48,198 nt of DNA, from the NCBI GenBank assembly GCA_964408195.1, contig CAYOYO010000001.1, positions 2,479-50,676 of the forward strand. The letters are read 5' to 3'. The stretch is from an uncultured Oscillospiraceae bacterium. GTDB taxonomy: Bacteria > Bacillota > Clostridia > Peptostreptococcales > Anaerovoracaceae. Of this stretch, positions 10,079-18,056 are shown piece by piece. Numbering within the stretch: the stretch's first letter is position 1; every line of letters begins with the position of its first letter. A program made the position numbers and the translations under genes. The notes below the pieces were generated by a model, which was not told where the DNA came from, did not search any database, and saw nothing but the letters and a program-made list of their open reading frames with translations.

Positions 10079-12787
10079 ATGAAAAACGGAAAAACCGGCT
10101 TTACAATAAAAAGGATCATTTTACTCACCTTTACAGCCTCCTTATTGGTTTCTTTCGCCTGCTGCGGAGCGGTAATCTTTTCAAACTGGATCACCTCTTC
10201 AATGGAAGCGGCGGCGGCCACGTCGGCGGAAATCAACGAAGATTTGCGTGAACGGGTGATCGCTTTTATGGAGGTGCCTTATCATCTCAATGATATGAAC
10301 CATAAAATCATCGAAAACGGAATGCTTGATTTGTCCCTTGCCACTGAGCGGGAGAAATTTTTTGCCGGTGTGTTGAGTTCAGTGAAGGAGGATATCTACA
10401 GCTTTAGTTACGGCACTACAAAGGGAGAATACTACGGCGCCAGGCGAAATGAGAAGGGTCAGATTGAAATCATGAGGAATGACGCCTATACAGGAGGAAA
10501 TTCCTGGTACTATGCGATAAAGGACGATTTAACAGCGGGGGCGCTTTCGGTTCAGGCAGGTCCATTTGATCCACGTACCAGAGCCTGGTATAAAGCGGCT
10601 GTTGAAGCCGCGGGGCCGGTTTTCTCCCCTATCTACAAGCATTTTGTCATGAATGATTTGACGGTATCTGCTGCATGGCCCGTCTACGATGATGGGGGAG
10701 AACTTTCGGGAGTATTGGGAACCCACCTGCTTCTGTCGGATATGGGTGCATATCTACAAAATGCAGTTACCAAATATGAGGGGATCGCCGTCATTATAGA
10801 AAAAAGTACCGGCCTGCTTATCGCAAATTCAATGGGCGTAGATAATTTTACCATGGGGAAAGATGGGACTCCGGAGCGTTTGGGGTTGGATGCTCTGGAC
10901 AGCGAAGATTTAAAAAAAGCCTACGAGGAATCTTTCATCACGGGCAAATCTCTTCAAAAGGTTTATAAAGGTAAGCTGGACAACTTTTTTTTAGACACAT
11001 CGGAGATACAAATGGAGGGAATCCAATGGATTCTCATTTCCGCTATTCCCCAATCCACGTTTTTGGGGGATGCAATGACCGGCATGGGTTGGGCGGCCCT
11101 TCTGGCCATTGTATTTTTCATATTATCGGTTTTGACCTATCATCTGATTATGAGGAAGTTCTTGAAGCCTATGTATCAATTGCTCCGGATATCTGAACAA
11201 TTGGCCGCCGGAGATCTGACAAAAAGAGCTCAAATCGTAAGAGAAGATGAAATCGGATTTCTCGCAAAAGGGTTCAACAGCGTGGCAGATAAGATGCAAT
11301 CTCTCATAGACAATCTGGAAGCAACGGTGGAGACGCGTACCCGTGAGCTTACCGAAGCAAATCTGGCCTTGCAGGAAAGCAAAGACCAGCTTCGGCTGAT
11401 CCTGGATTCCGCTGCAGAAGCCATTTATGGCATCGATCTTCAGGGAAACTGCACCTTCTGCAATGCCAGCTGCATAAAAATACTGGGGTACAGCAGCCAG
11501 GAAGATTTACTGGGAAGAAATATGCATTGGCAGATTCACCATACAAGAAGAGACGGGACTCCTTTCCCGATTGATGATTGCAGTATTTTCAAAGCCTTTC
11601 TGAAAGGGGAAGGTTCCCATGTGGACGAAGAGGTGTTCTTTAGGGCCGACGGCACTTCCTTTGATGTGGAATACTACTCCTATCCCCAGATTAGGGATGG
11701 AAAAATAATCGGCGCCGTCATCACCTTTATGGATATCTCAGACCGGAAAGAAAGAGAAGCGGAAATTGAATACCTGAGTTGTCATGACCCGCTGACGAGT
11801 CTCAAGAACAGGAGGTGTCTGGAGGACAATCTCCCTAAAATCGACATAACCGACAATCTGCCTCTTTCAGTTATCTTTGGAGACATCAATGGCCTAAAGA
11901 TGACAAACGACGTGTTCGGACATGCCGCCGGTGATGAATTGATTAAAAAATCGGCGGAGATCCTGCAGCAATCCTGCAGAGACAAGGATACCGTAGCACG
12001 CATGGGAGGAGACGAATTTATCATCCTTTTGCCCAAAACCACCGGAGAGAATGCACAAAAGATCATTGAGCGTATCCGAGCCGGATTTGAAGACGCCCAT
12101 GTAGAGGCGATCAAGTGCAGCATCTCACTGGGTCTTGACACAAAGACAAGCTCGGAACAACCCCTGGACGAGATTATGGGAAACGCAGAAAACGCTATGT
12201 ACAGGGACAAGACCATGAATCGAAAAACCATAAATGCCACCATCATCGATACCTTGCTGAAATCCCTGCATACCGCTTGCCCTAGGGAAAAACAACATTC
12301 GGAAGCTGTCAGCAGTCTATGCGAAGAAGTGTGTTCTACTCTCGGCCTTCCCGAAACAGAAATAGCTACCCTGAAACGAGCAGGATACCTTCACGACATC
12401 GGAAAAATCGTGCTGGAGAAAAACATGCTCTTCAAGGATTCACTCAACGACTTAGAAATGGAAAAAATGCAGCAGCATTCCGCCGTGGGCTATCGGATTC
12501 TCAGTCTCTTTGACGATACGTTGGACCTGGCCGAACTTGTGTACGGACACCACGAGAGGTGGGATGGAACCGGTTATCCCAGAGGATTGAAAGAGAAGCA
12601 GATTCCCTTGCTTTCAAGAATCATCGCGGTGGTGGAGACTTACGACCGGGTGGTTAACAGGGGAATCTTGTCTTTCAATGAAAGAAAAAATGATGCGCTG
12701 GAGGTTATAAAATCCGGTGCGGGGACCCAGTTCGACCCGGAAGTCGCCGCTGCATTTCTCCGGGAGATCAAGAAATCTGCAGTGTGA
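10079..12787 (+). CDS. Membrane sensor protein: Cache-like domain, HAMP, PAS, GGDEF and HD-GYP (both a c-di-GMP synthase and a hydrolase domain)
   Basis: It has an intact GGDEF (ARMGGDEFIILLP) preceded by HDPLTSLKNRR. The HD-GYP signatures are YLHDIGK and HHERWDGTGYPRG. I prefer the ATG at 10079 (RBS AAGGGGAG) over the track's TTG at 10037, which overlaps the upstream gene. Confidence 0.85.
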   Translation: MKNGKTGFTIKRIILLTFTASLLVSFACCGAVIFSNWITSSMEAAAATSAEINEDLRERVIAFMEVPYHLNDMNHKIIENGMLDLSLATEREKFFAGVLSSVKEDIYSFSYGTTKGEYYGARRNEKGQIEIMRNDAYTGGNSWYYAIKDDLTAGALSVQAGPFDPRTRAWYKAAVEAAGPVFSPIYKHFVMNDLTVSAAWPVYDDGGELSGVLGTHLLLSDMGAYLQNAVTKYEGIAVIIEKSTGLLIANSMGVDNFTMGKDGTPERLGLDALDSEDLKKAYEESFITGKSLQKVYKGKLDNFFLDTSEIQMEGIQWILISAIPQSTFLGDAMTGMGWAALLAIVFFILSVLTYHLIMRKFLKPMYQLLRISEQLAAGDLTKRAQIVREDEIGFLAKGFNSVADKMQSLIDNLEATVETRTRELTEANLALQESKDQLRLILDSAAEAIYGIDLQGNCTFCNASCIKILGYSSQEDLLGRNMHWQIHHTRRDGTPFPIDDCSIFKAFLKGEGSHVDEEVFFRADGTSFDVEYYSYPQIRDGKIIGAVITFMDISDRKEREAEIEYLSCHDPLTSLKNRRCLEDNLPKIDITDNLPLSVIFGDINGLKMTNDVFGHAAGDELIKKSAEILQQSCRDKDTVARMGGDEFIILLPKTTGENAQKIIERIRAGFEDAHVEAIKCSISLGLDTKTSSEQPLDEIMGNAENAMYRDKTMNRKTINATIIDTLLKSLHTACPREKQHSEAVSSLCEEVCSTLGLPETEIATLKRAGYLHDIGKIVLEKNMLFKDSLNDLEMEKMQQHSAVGYRILSLFDDTLDLAELVYGHHERWDGTGYPRGLKEKQIPLLSRIIAVVETYDRVVNRGILSFNERKNDALEVIKSGAGTQFDPEVAAAFLREIKKSAV

Positions 12788-13084
12788 GGACGTTCCGTTC
12801 CTTGCAAAGAAAAATGCAGAAAAAATGGGAACACACAGGACAATTTCACCTTGGCCATTGAAGAAAAAGGTACAGCATTCAGTAAGATGCGATGAAACCT
12901 TTAATCGAGGATTTCAAATCTCCAGAATTTTAATCTCAACATTTACAGGAAAGAAATTTTGTGGTAAAGTCAAAAGCATATTGCATTATTGTATACATGT
13001 TTTTATTTTGGACTCATGGGGTTTGTTTCGGTTTGAAGGCCCAAGCCGTTTTCCTACTTCATGAGTCCCGGCGAGGAGTTACTT

Positions 13085-14650
13085 ATGATTGGAGACAAAG
13101 GACAAATACTGATTGCGATGGTTCTGTACATCGCTGTAGTAATCGGGATCGGCGTTTACTACGCAAAGAGAGCGGGGGAGAGCAGCCACAATTACCTCAT
13201 CGGAGGCAGATCCCTGGGACCCTGGATTACCGCTATGGGAGCAGAAGCTTCGGATATGAGCGGCTGGCTTCTCATGGGCTTGCCCGGTGTAGCTTATTGG
13301 TACGGGTTAAGCGATGCGATCTGGACAGCCATCGGACTGCTGGTCGGAACCTACCTGAACTGGCTCTTTGTATCGAAGCGATTGCGGAACTATACAGTCA
13401 TTGCAGGAGATTCCATAACGATTCCCGACTTTTTCAGCAACCGTTTCAGAGAGAAGAAAAAAGTGCTTATGACCATAGCTGCCTTGTTCATCTTGATTTT
13501 CTTCACCGTGTACGCAGCCAGCTGTCTGGTAACAGTGGGAAAACTGTTCAGCACCTTGTTTGATGTGAAGTATCAATACATGATGATTGCGGGAGCTGTA
13601 TTTGTTGTCTGTTATACATATATTGGCGGGTTTCTTGCTGAAAGTGCCTCGGACTTCATGCAGGGCATCGTCATGTTCTTTTCTCTTGCCATCGTAATGA
13701 TTGCGGGTGTAACCACCGCGGGCGGAGTGTCTGCAGTGATTGAAAATGTACAACAGATCCCCGGATTCTTTGAATTTTTCGGCATTGCCCAACCGGTTAT
13801 GGCGGAGGGTGTCCAGCAAGTAGGAGAAGGAGGCATGCCGCTCTTTGGCGACAGGGCCTCTTACGGGCTTCTTACCATCATTTCTACCCTTTCCTGGGGG
13901 TTGGGATATTTCGGTATGCCCCAGGTGCTCTTGAAGTTCATGGCTATTAAAAATCCCGGAGAACTGAAGATGTCCAGGCGCATCGCTACAATCTGGTGCG
14001 CCATATCGCTGATGGCAGCGGTTTCCATCGGCATCATCGGCAGGGCGCTGTATCCGGATGCTTTCCTGACCCAGGGCTCAGCAGAGAGTATTTTCATCCT
14101 GCTTTCCACAAGCTTTTTCCTTCCGATTGTAGCGGGTGTTGTAATGGCAGGTGTTCTGGCAGCCACAATCAGTTCTTCCGACTCCTACCTGCTCATCGCT
14201 GCCTCCGCATTTTCCAAGAATATCTTTCATGGATTGCTGAAAAAGGATGCTTCCGACAAGGCGATTCTCCATAGCACCAGAATTACTCTCATCGTTATAG
14301 CCATATGCGCCATGATTATTGCACTGGACGAAAACAGCGTTATTTTCACGGTAGTCTCCTTTGCCTGGGCCGGGTTCGGTGCCACCTTCGGCCCCACCAT
14401 GCTCTTTTCCCTCTTCTGGAAACGAATCACCAGAGCGGGGGCGATTGCAGGCATGCTCAGCGGCGGCAGTATGGTCTTTTTGTGGAAGCTGGTGCTGAAA
14501 CCCATGGGAGGAATCTTTGGAATCTATGAACTGTTTCCTGCATTTGTTACATCCTGTCTATTTATAGTCATCGTGTCCATGCTTACGAAAGAGCCGGATG
14601 AGAAGATCCTGAAGGAATTCGAAGCAGCGAAAAAGGTCAGTTCAAACTAA
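13085..14650 (+). CDS. putP: Sodium:proline symporter (SSS family)
   Basis: YLIGGRSLGPWITAMGAEASDMSGWLLMGLPG closely matches my recollection of E. coli PutP. It is polytopic throughout. The ATG at 13085 has a GGAGG-like RBS; the track start at 13061 is less likely. Confidence 0.85.
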   Translation: MIGDKGQILIAMVLYIAVVIGIGVYYAKRAGESSHNYLIGGRSLGPWITAMGAEASDMSGWLLMGLPGVAYWYGLSDAIWTAIGLLVGTYLNWLFVSKRLRNYTVIAGDSITIPDFFSNRFREKKKVLMTIAALFILIFFTVYAASCLVTVGKLFSTLFDVKYQYMMIAGAVFVVCYTYIGGFLAESASDFMQGIVMFFSLAIVMIAGVTTAGGVSAVIENVQQIPGFFEFFGIAQPVMAEGVQQVGEGGMPLFGDRASYGLLTIISTLSWGLGYFGMPQVLLKFMAIKNPGELKMSRRIATIWCAISLMAAVSIGIIGRALYPDAFLTQGSAESIFILLSTSFFLPIVAGVVMAGVLAATISSSDSYLLIAASAFSKNIFHGLLKKDASDKAILHSTRITLIVIAICAMIIALDENSVIFTVVSFAWAGFGATFGPTMLFSLFWKRITRAGAIAGMLSGGSMVFLWKLVLKPMGGIFGIYELFPAFVTSCLFIVIVSMLTKEPDEKILKEFEAAKKVSSN

Positions 14651-14659
14651 GGTAAGGGC

Positions 14660-14683
14660 AAAGGCCGATGATTTTCGGCCTTT
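14660..14683 (+). terminator. 9-bp hairpin immediately after the putP stop
   Basis: aaaggccga / tcggccttt with a 6-nt loop. The T-run is weak. Confidence 0.4.
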
Positions 14684-14704
14684 CTTGGCGTATTGTGTAA
14701 GAAG

Positions 14705-14746
14705 AAGGGGAAATTTCCGAAATGCCGGGGATTTCCCCTTTTATTT
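14705..14746 (+). terminator. Intrinsic terminator-like hairpin
   Basis: A 10-bp stem (aaggggaaat / atttcccctt) with a 16-nt loop, followed by ttatttg. Confidence 0.5.
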
Positions 14747-14781
14747 GTCTATGGAAAAAACTTGCCTGACAACCTGACGGT

Positions 14782-14810
14782 TTGTAAAATTTTATTGAAG
14801 AGAATATAAC
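14782..14810 (+). promoter_or_regulatory. Putative sigma-A-type promoter for the response-regulator / fibre locus
   Basis: TTGTAA, a 17-nt spacer, then TATAAC. It lies about 40 nt upstream of the TTG start at 14850. Confidence 0.3.
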
Positions 14811-14849
14811 CGCCTTTTCGTGGATACGATTAAACGGAGGTCGTGACGA

Positions 14850-15467
14850 TTGAACATTCTCATTGTAGATGATCAACCTCTTTTGAGGAAAGGAGTTTCA
14901 CAGGTGTTGCTGTCTGAGAAAGGCGGCCAGCATTTCGCAGAGGCGGCAACAGTAGCCGAAGCCATAGAAATCCACAAGAAAAACCCGGCGGATTTGATTT
15001 TTCTCGAGTTGCATCTGATAGACGGAAGCGGGTTTGACCTGATTAGCAGCGTCCGTGCTCTTCCGGGAAAATCCCCGAAATTCATGTTGTTAGCCTCATC
15101 CATCAGCGTCTTTGAGTTTCGGAGGGCAAAAGAACTGGATGTGGATGGGTATCTCCTGAAGGAGGCAGATGGGGATGAGTTGAAATACGCATTTAGACAA
15201 ATCCTTCGGGGAGAAAAATATTATCCTTCCAGGTTGGTAGAAAAAGCCTTAAGCGGAAGGGAGGCAGACGGTATACGTCTCCTGACGGACAGGGAGATGG
15301 ATGTGCTGGCAGAGCTGAGCAAGGGGTTGACCAATTCACAAATCGGAGACAATTTGTATATCTCAGAAGGAACGGCAAAAAAACACATCAGCAACATTTT
15401 ATCGAAGCTGAATTTATCAAACCGCATGGAAGTACTGGTGTATGCCAGTAAATTATCCGGCAAATAA
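14850..15467 (+). CDS. Orphan NarL/LuxR-family response regulator with an atypical receiver (Glu at the phospho-acceptor position)
   Basis: The receiver is MNILIVDDQPLLRKG...DLIFLELHL, and the C-terminal LuxR HTH is REMDVLAELSKGLTNSQIGDNLYISEGTAKKHISNILSKL. The start is TTG with a GGAGG RBS. No histidine kinase gene is adjacent. Confidence 0.85.
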   Translation: MNILIVDDQPLLRKGVSQVLLSEKGGQHFAEAATVAEAIEIHKKNPADLIFLELHLIDGSGFDLISSVRALPGKSPKFMLLASSISVFEFRRAKELDVDGYLLKEADGDELKYAFRQILRGEKYYPSRLVEKALSGREADGIRLLTDREMDVLAELSKGLTNSQIGDNLYISEGTAKKHISNILSKLNLSNRMEVLVYASKLSGK

Positions 15468-15518
15468 TAAAAGAAGAATTGCCATGATTGGTTTCCTTAG
15501 GATCCACCGGAGGAGAAG

Positions 15519-16307
15519 ATGAAAAAGATATTCAGCAGAGCGGGACTTCTGTTCCTGGCAGCAGCCACCATGGGAATGCTTGGAGTCAGCTATGCAGGTT
15601 ATACCGACAGTTTGAAAGTGGATACGGAGCTGTCCGCAGGAAGCATGAGCTTTGAATTCATGGACAGCGGGAAGGACCGGGATTTTATAATTGGCATACA
15701 AGAGAGCGAGAAAGAGAAGGTTACGAAGCTCGATGCAAAGATAAACTACGACGGAAAGACTCTTACCATCACGGATATGGATCCCATTGATATGTCTTTT
15801 TTAAAGAATGGGAAGTTGCAAATCCTCATCCGTTATATTGTGGAAGTCACAGAAGAGGAGAGTGTTCTAATGGCGGCGAGTATCATAGAAAAGGATCAGA
15901 GAAGCTACCTGGGAGAGATTCCTTTTCAGCTTATATCAAGTACGCCCCTGTGGTCTATAGAAGGCAAATCTGCAAGCTGGGGATTGGGAGATGGAGACTT
16001 GGGCGGGGTTCCGCAAGTCATTTATGAGCTTCTTCCTCAAACTCTGGCAAACTTCCGTGCATCTCATACCCTATGGTTCAATGAGAAAAAGGATAGGATG
16101 GAGGGAACCATTCTTTTGGAACAAATAGACATTCCAAAATTACTATCCATTAAAAAAGTAGAACTGAGTGCTTTTGGTTTACCGGATGATATTCTAAAAG
16201 AAATGGCTGCAGAGAAGAAGCTGAACCTGACTATGGTAGGCAGCTATGGTTTCGAAATCCCGCTGGTCCTGGATCAATTCAATGCAGAAGGGGAGGGATT
16301 GTTATGA
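15519..16307 (+). CDS. Secreted protein with a SipW-cognate-type signal peptide (candidate fibre or accessory subunit)
   Basis: The N-terminus is MKKIFSRAGLLFLAAATMGMLGVSYAGYTDSLKV: a basic n-region, an h-region, then the YAGYTDSL junction shared with the two paralogues. The C-terminal LDQFNAEG resembles the WDQFNVG of the 18057 protein. The RBS is GGAGGAG. Confidence 0.7.
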   Translation: MKKIFSRAGLLFLAAATMGMLGVSYAGYTDSLKVDTELSAGSMSFEFMDSGKDRDFIIGIQESEKEKVTKLDAKINYDGKTLTITDMDPIDMSFLKNGKLQILIRYIVEVTEEESVLMAASIIEKDQRSYLGEIPFQLISSTPLWSIEGKSASWGLGDGDLGGVPQVIYELLPQTLANFRASHTLWFNEKKDRMEGTILLEQIDIPKLLSIKKVELSAFGLPDDILKEMAAEKKLNLTMVGSYGFEIPLVLDQFNAEGEGLL

Positions 16308-16732
16308 ATCGCAGAAAGCTGATAATAGCCATATCCGCAATGATTGCAATGACTTATGCAATCGTTTCCACCAGCTACGGATACTGGACGGACCAGCTTC
16401 ATATATCCGGTGAAGCCGGCTTTGTGTTTCAAATACCTGTGGTGAACGATGTTAAAATGCCGTTGGAGATACCTTTGGAAGGAATGAGCGCACTTGTAAT
16501 AGAGACGAACAGCGATGAGCCGGAAACAGGGATTGAACCAACGGAGGATATTCAACCGGAAACGACTCCGGAAACAGAAGAACAAACAGCCCCGGTAGCA
16601 GAAGAACAAACAGATCCGGCAATAGCGGATGAAGGGGATGTGGAGACAAGGCCTGTTACAGTCGATGAGAAACAGCCGGAATCTACAGAAGCAGAAGGAT
16701 CAGCAACCGATGAAAGTGCAGAACTACAATAA
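16304..16732 (+). CDS. Small secreted protein with a SipW-cognate-type signal peptide and an acidic Glu/Pro/Thr-rich tail
   Basis: The N-terminus MNRRKLIIAISAMIAMTYAIVSTSYGYWTDQLHI carries the same junction motif at the same residue positions (25-32) as the upstream protein. It overlaps the upstream stop in an ATGA. The C-terminal half is low-complexity and acidic. Confidence 0.65.
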   Translation: MNRRKLIIAISAMIAMTYAIVSTSYGYWTDQLHISGEAGFVFQIPVVNDVKMPLEIPLEGMSALVIETNSDEPETGIEPTEDIQPETTPETEEQTAPVAEEQTDPAIADEGDVETRPVTVDEKQPESTEAEGSATDESAELQ

Positions 16733-17921
16733 ATATCGAAGAATCAGCAACCTATTGCTGATTCTCTTTATAGGAATTGCTCTGCTGCCTTATCTTGTTG
16801 AACTGGCACAGGGCAGTTCTTATCAATTGGCCCGGAAAGTGATTCCGGCAATCTGGTGTGCTTTTTTAGTCATAATGTTCTTTTTTGTTCCAAAAGTCCA
16901 TGCGGCCAGCAGGCTGGTGAAGCGGGATACAATTTATATGGAAGCGGTGATCTGTGCGGTAATCCTCATCTCAGCCAGGATATTATTGGGATCCATGCTG
17001 GGCCAGCTGGGCTCCAGCCCCTATGACCTGTCTCTCTCCGGAATTGCCGGAAATCTGTTCTTTGTTTTGCCGGCTATGGCTGCCAGAGAGGTCATACGGA
17101 GCTATGTGCTGGGCACCTATTGCAGTGTACATAATTTGAAGGTATTTATCTTTATCACTTTGCTGATGACCGTTTCCGGCTTGAATTATTCCAACCTGTT
17201 GCTGGTATCTGACATGGAGGAAATGTCCATATTTCTTGCTAAGGAAGCAGGCCCTATGCTTTGCCAGAATATCATGCTGTCTTACTTGGCCCTCTACGGC
17301 GGCCCCATAGCTGCAATCCTGTATGGAGGTATTTTGGAACTCTTCCACTGGATTTCTCCTATACTTTCCTCACTGAACTGGTTGGCGGAAGGTGCTGTGG
17401 GTATTCTCGTCCCCGTGGGCTTTATCCTTTTTCTCATAGGGAAATACGAAGAACAGAAGAATCGATCCAAGACTCTGAAAGAGCGAAAAGGAGGGCTGGT
17501 GGGATGGTCTGCCACCGCGCTTTTCTCCATAGGTCTTCTCTGGTTTATCGCCGGTGTCTTTCCCATCGTACCCTCTGTGGTGGTCACCGGTAGTATGGAG
17601 CCGCTGATCTACCCGGGGGATGTGATACTTTTAAAGCAGATGAAGACGGAAGAGCAAATGCGCAGCCTCCATGCCGGAGATGTGATTCAATTTCAAAGAG
17701 ATGAGATCCGCATCACCCATCGTATCGTAGAAATCCTGGATGATGGTATCGGAAATCTGACATTTCGCACCAGGGGAGACAACAACTCTGCTGAGGATAG
17801 CCGGCTTGTTCATCCAAATGATATTAAGGGGGAATTGGTTCAAGTGATTCCAAAGATCGGTTATCCGTCTCTTTTCATCAAGGGGTCCGGCCAAAAGGAA
17901 ACCGGAGATTTTGAATTCTGA
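16710..17921 (+). CDS. sipW: Signal peptidase I, SipW/ER/archaeal type, fused to an N-terminal polytopic membrane domain of about 270 aa
   Basis: The C-terminal domain has VVTGSMEPLIYPGDVILL (Ser codon 17592-17594), RITHRIVEI (His codon 17718-17720) and TRGDNNSAED. These closely match the B. subtilis SipW boxes as I recall them. About 7 hydrophobic segments precede the peptidase anchor. I prefer the start at 16710 (MKVQNYNKY) over the track's 16629. Confidence 0.8.
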   Translation: MKVQNYNKYRRISNLLLILFIGIALLPYLVELAQGSSYQLARKVIPAIWCAFLVIMFFFVPKVHAASRLVKRDTIYMEAVICAVILISARILLGSMLGQLGSSPYDLSLSGIAGNLFFVLPAMAAREVIRSYVLGTYCSVHNLKVFIFITLLMTVSGLNYSNLLLVSDMEEMSIFLAKEAGPMLCQNIMLSYLALYGGPIAAILYGGILELFHWISPILSSLNWLAEGAVGILVPVGFILFLIGKYEEQKNRSKTLKERKGGLVGWSATALFSIGLLWFIAGVFPIVPSVVVTGSMEPLIYPGDVILLKQMKTEEQMRSLHAGDVIQFQRDEIRITHRIVEILDDGIGNLTFRTRGDNNSAEDSRLVHPNDIKGELVQVIPKIGYPSLFIKGSGQKETGDFEF

Positions 17922-18056
17922 GCCTACCTCCAAAGGAGTAGGGAAATGGGCAGAAAGGAAACCGTAAGATTGAACCTCCAGGTAATTTTGAGGTGATTGT
18001 CATCGGTATATAATAGCTTCAGGTGAAAACCAATAACTTCAAAAGGAGAAACGGAA

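Noticed and set aside
12717-13563. ORFs 12717-13064 and 12961-13563 in the putP upstream region.
   Set aside because: They have no RBS and Arg/Cys/His-rich nonsense-like translations. The second overlaps putP out of frame.
17922-18056. I looked for a c-di-GMP riboswitch (GEMM-I or II) or other leader RNA upstream of the TasA-like genes. I also checked 14651-14849 and 15468-15518.
   Set aside because: I could not find the conserved GEMM core strings (for example GGCAAACC...GGGACGCAAAGCC), and the regions are short. There is only a weak promoter-like TTTTGA-N17-TATAAT (17986-18014) and a small hairpin. An Infernal scan would be needed to be sure.
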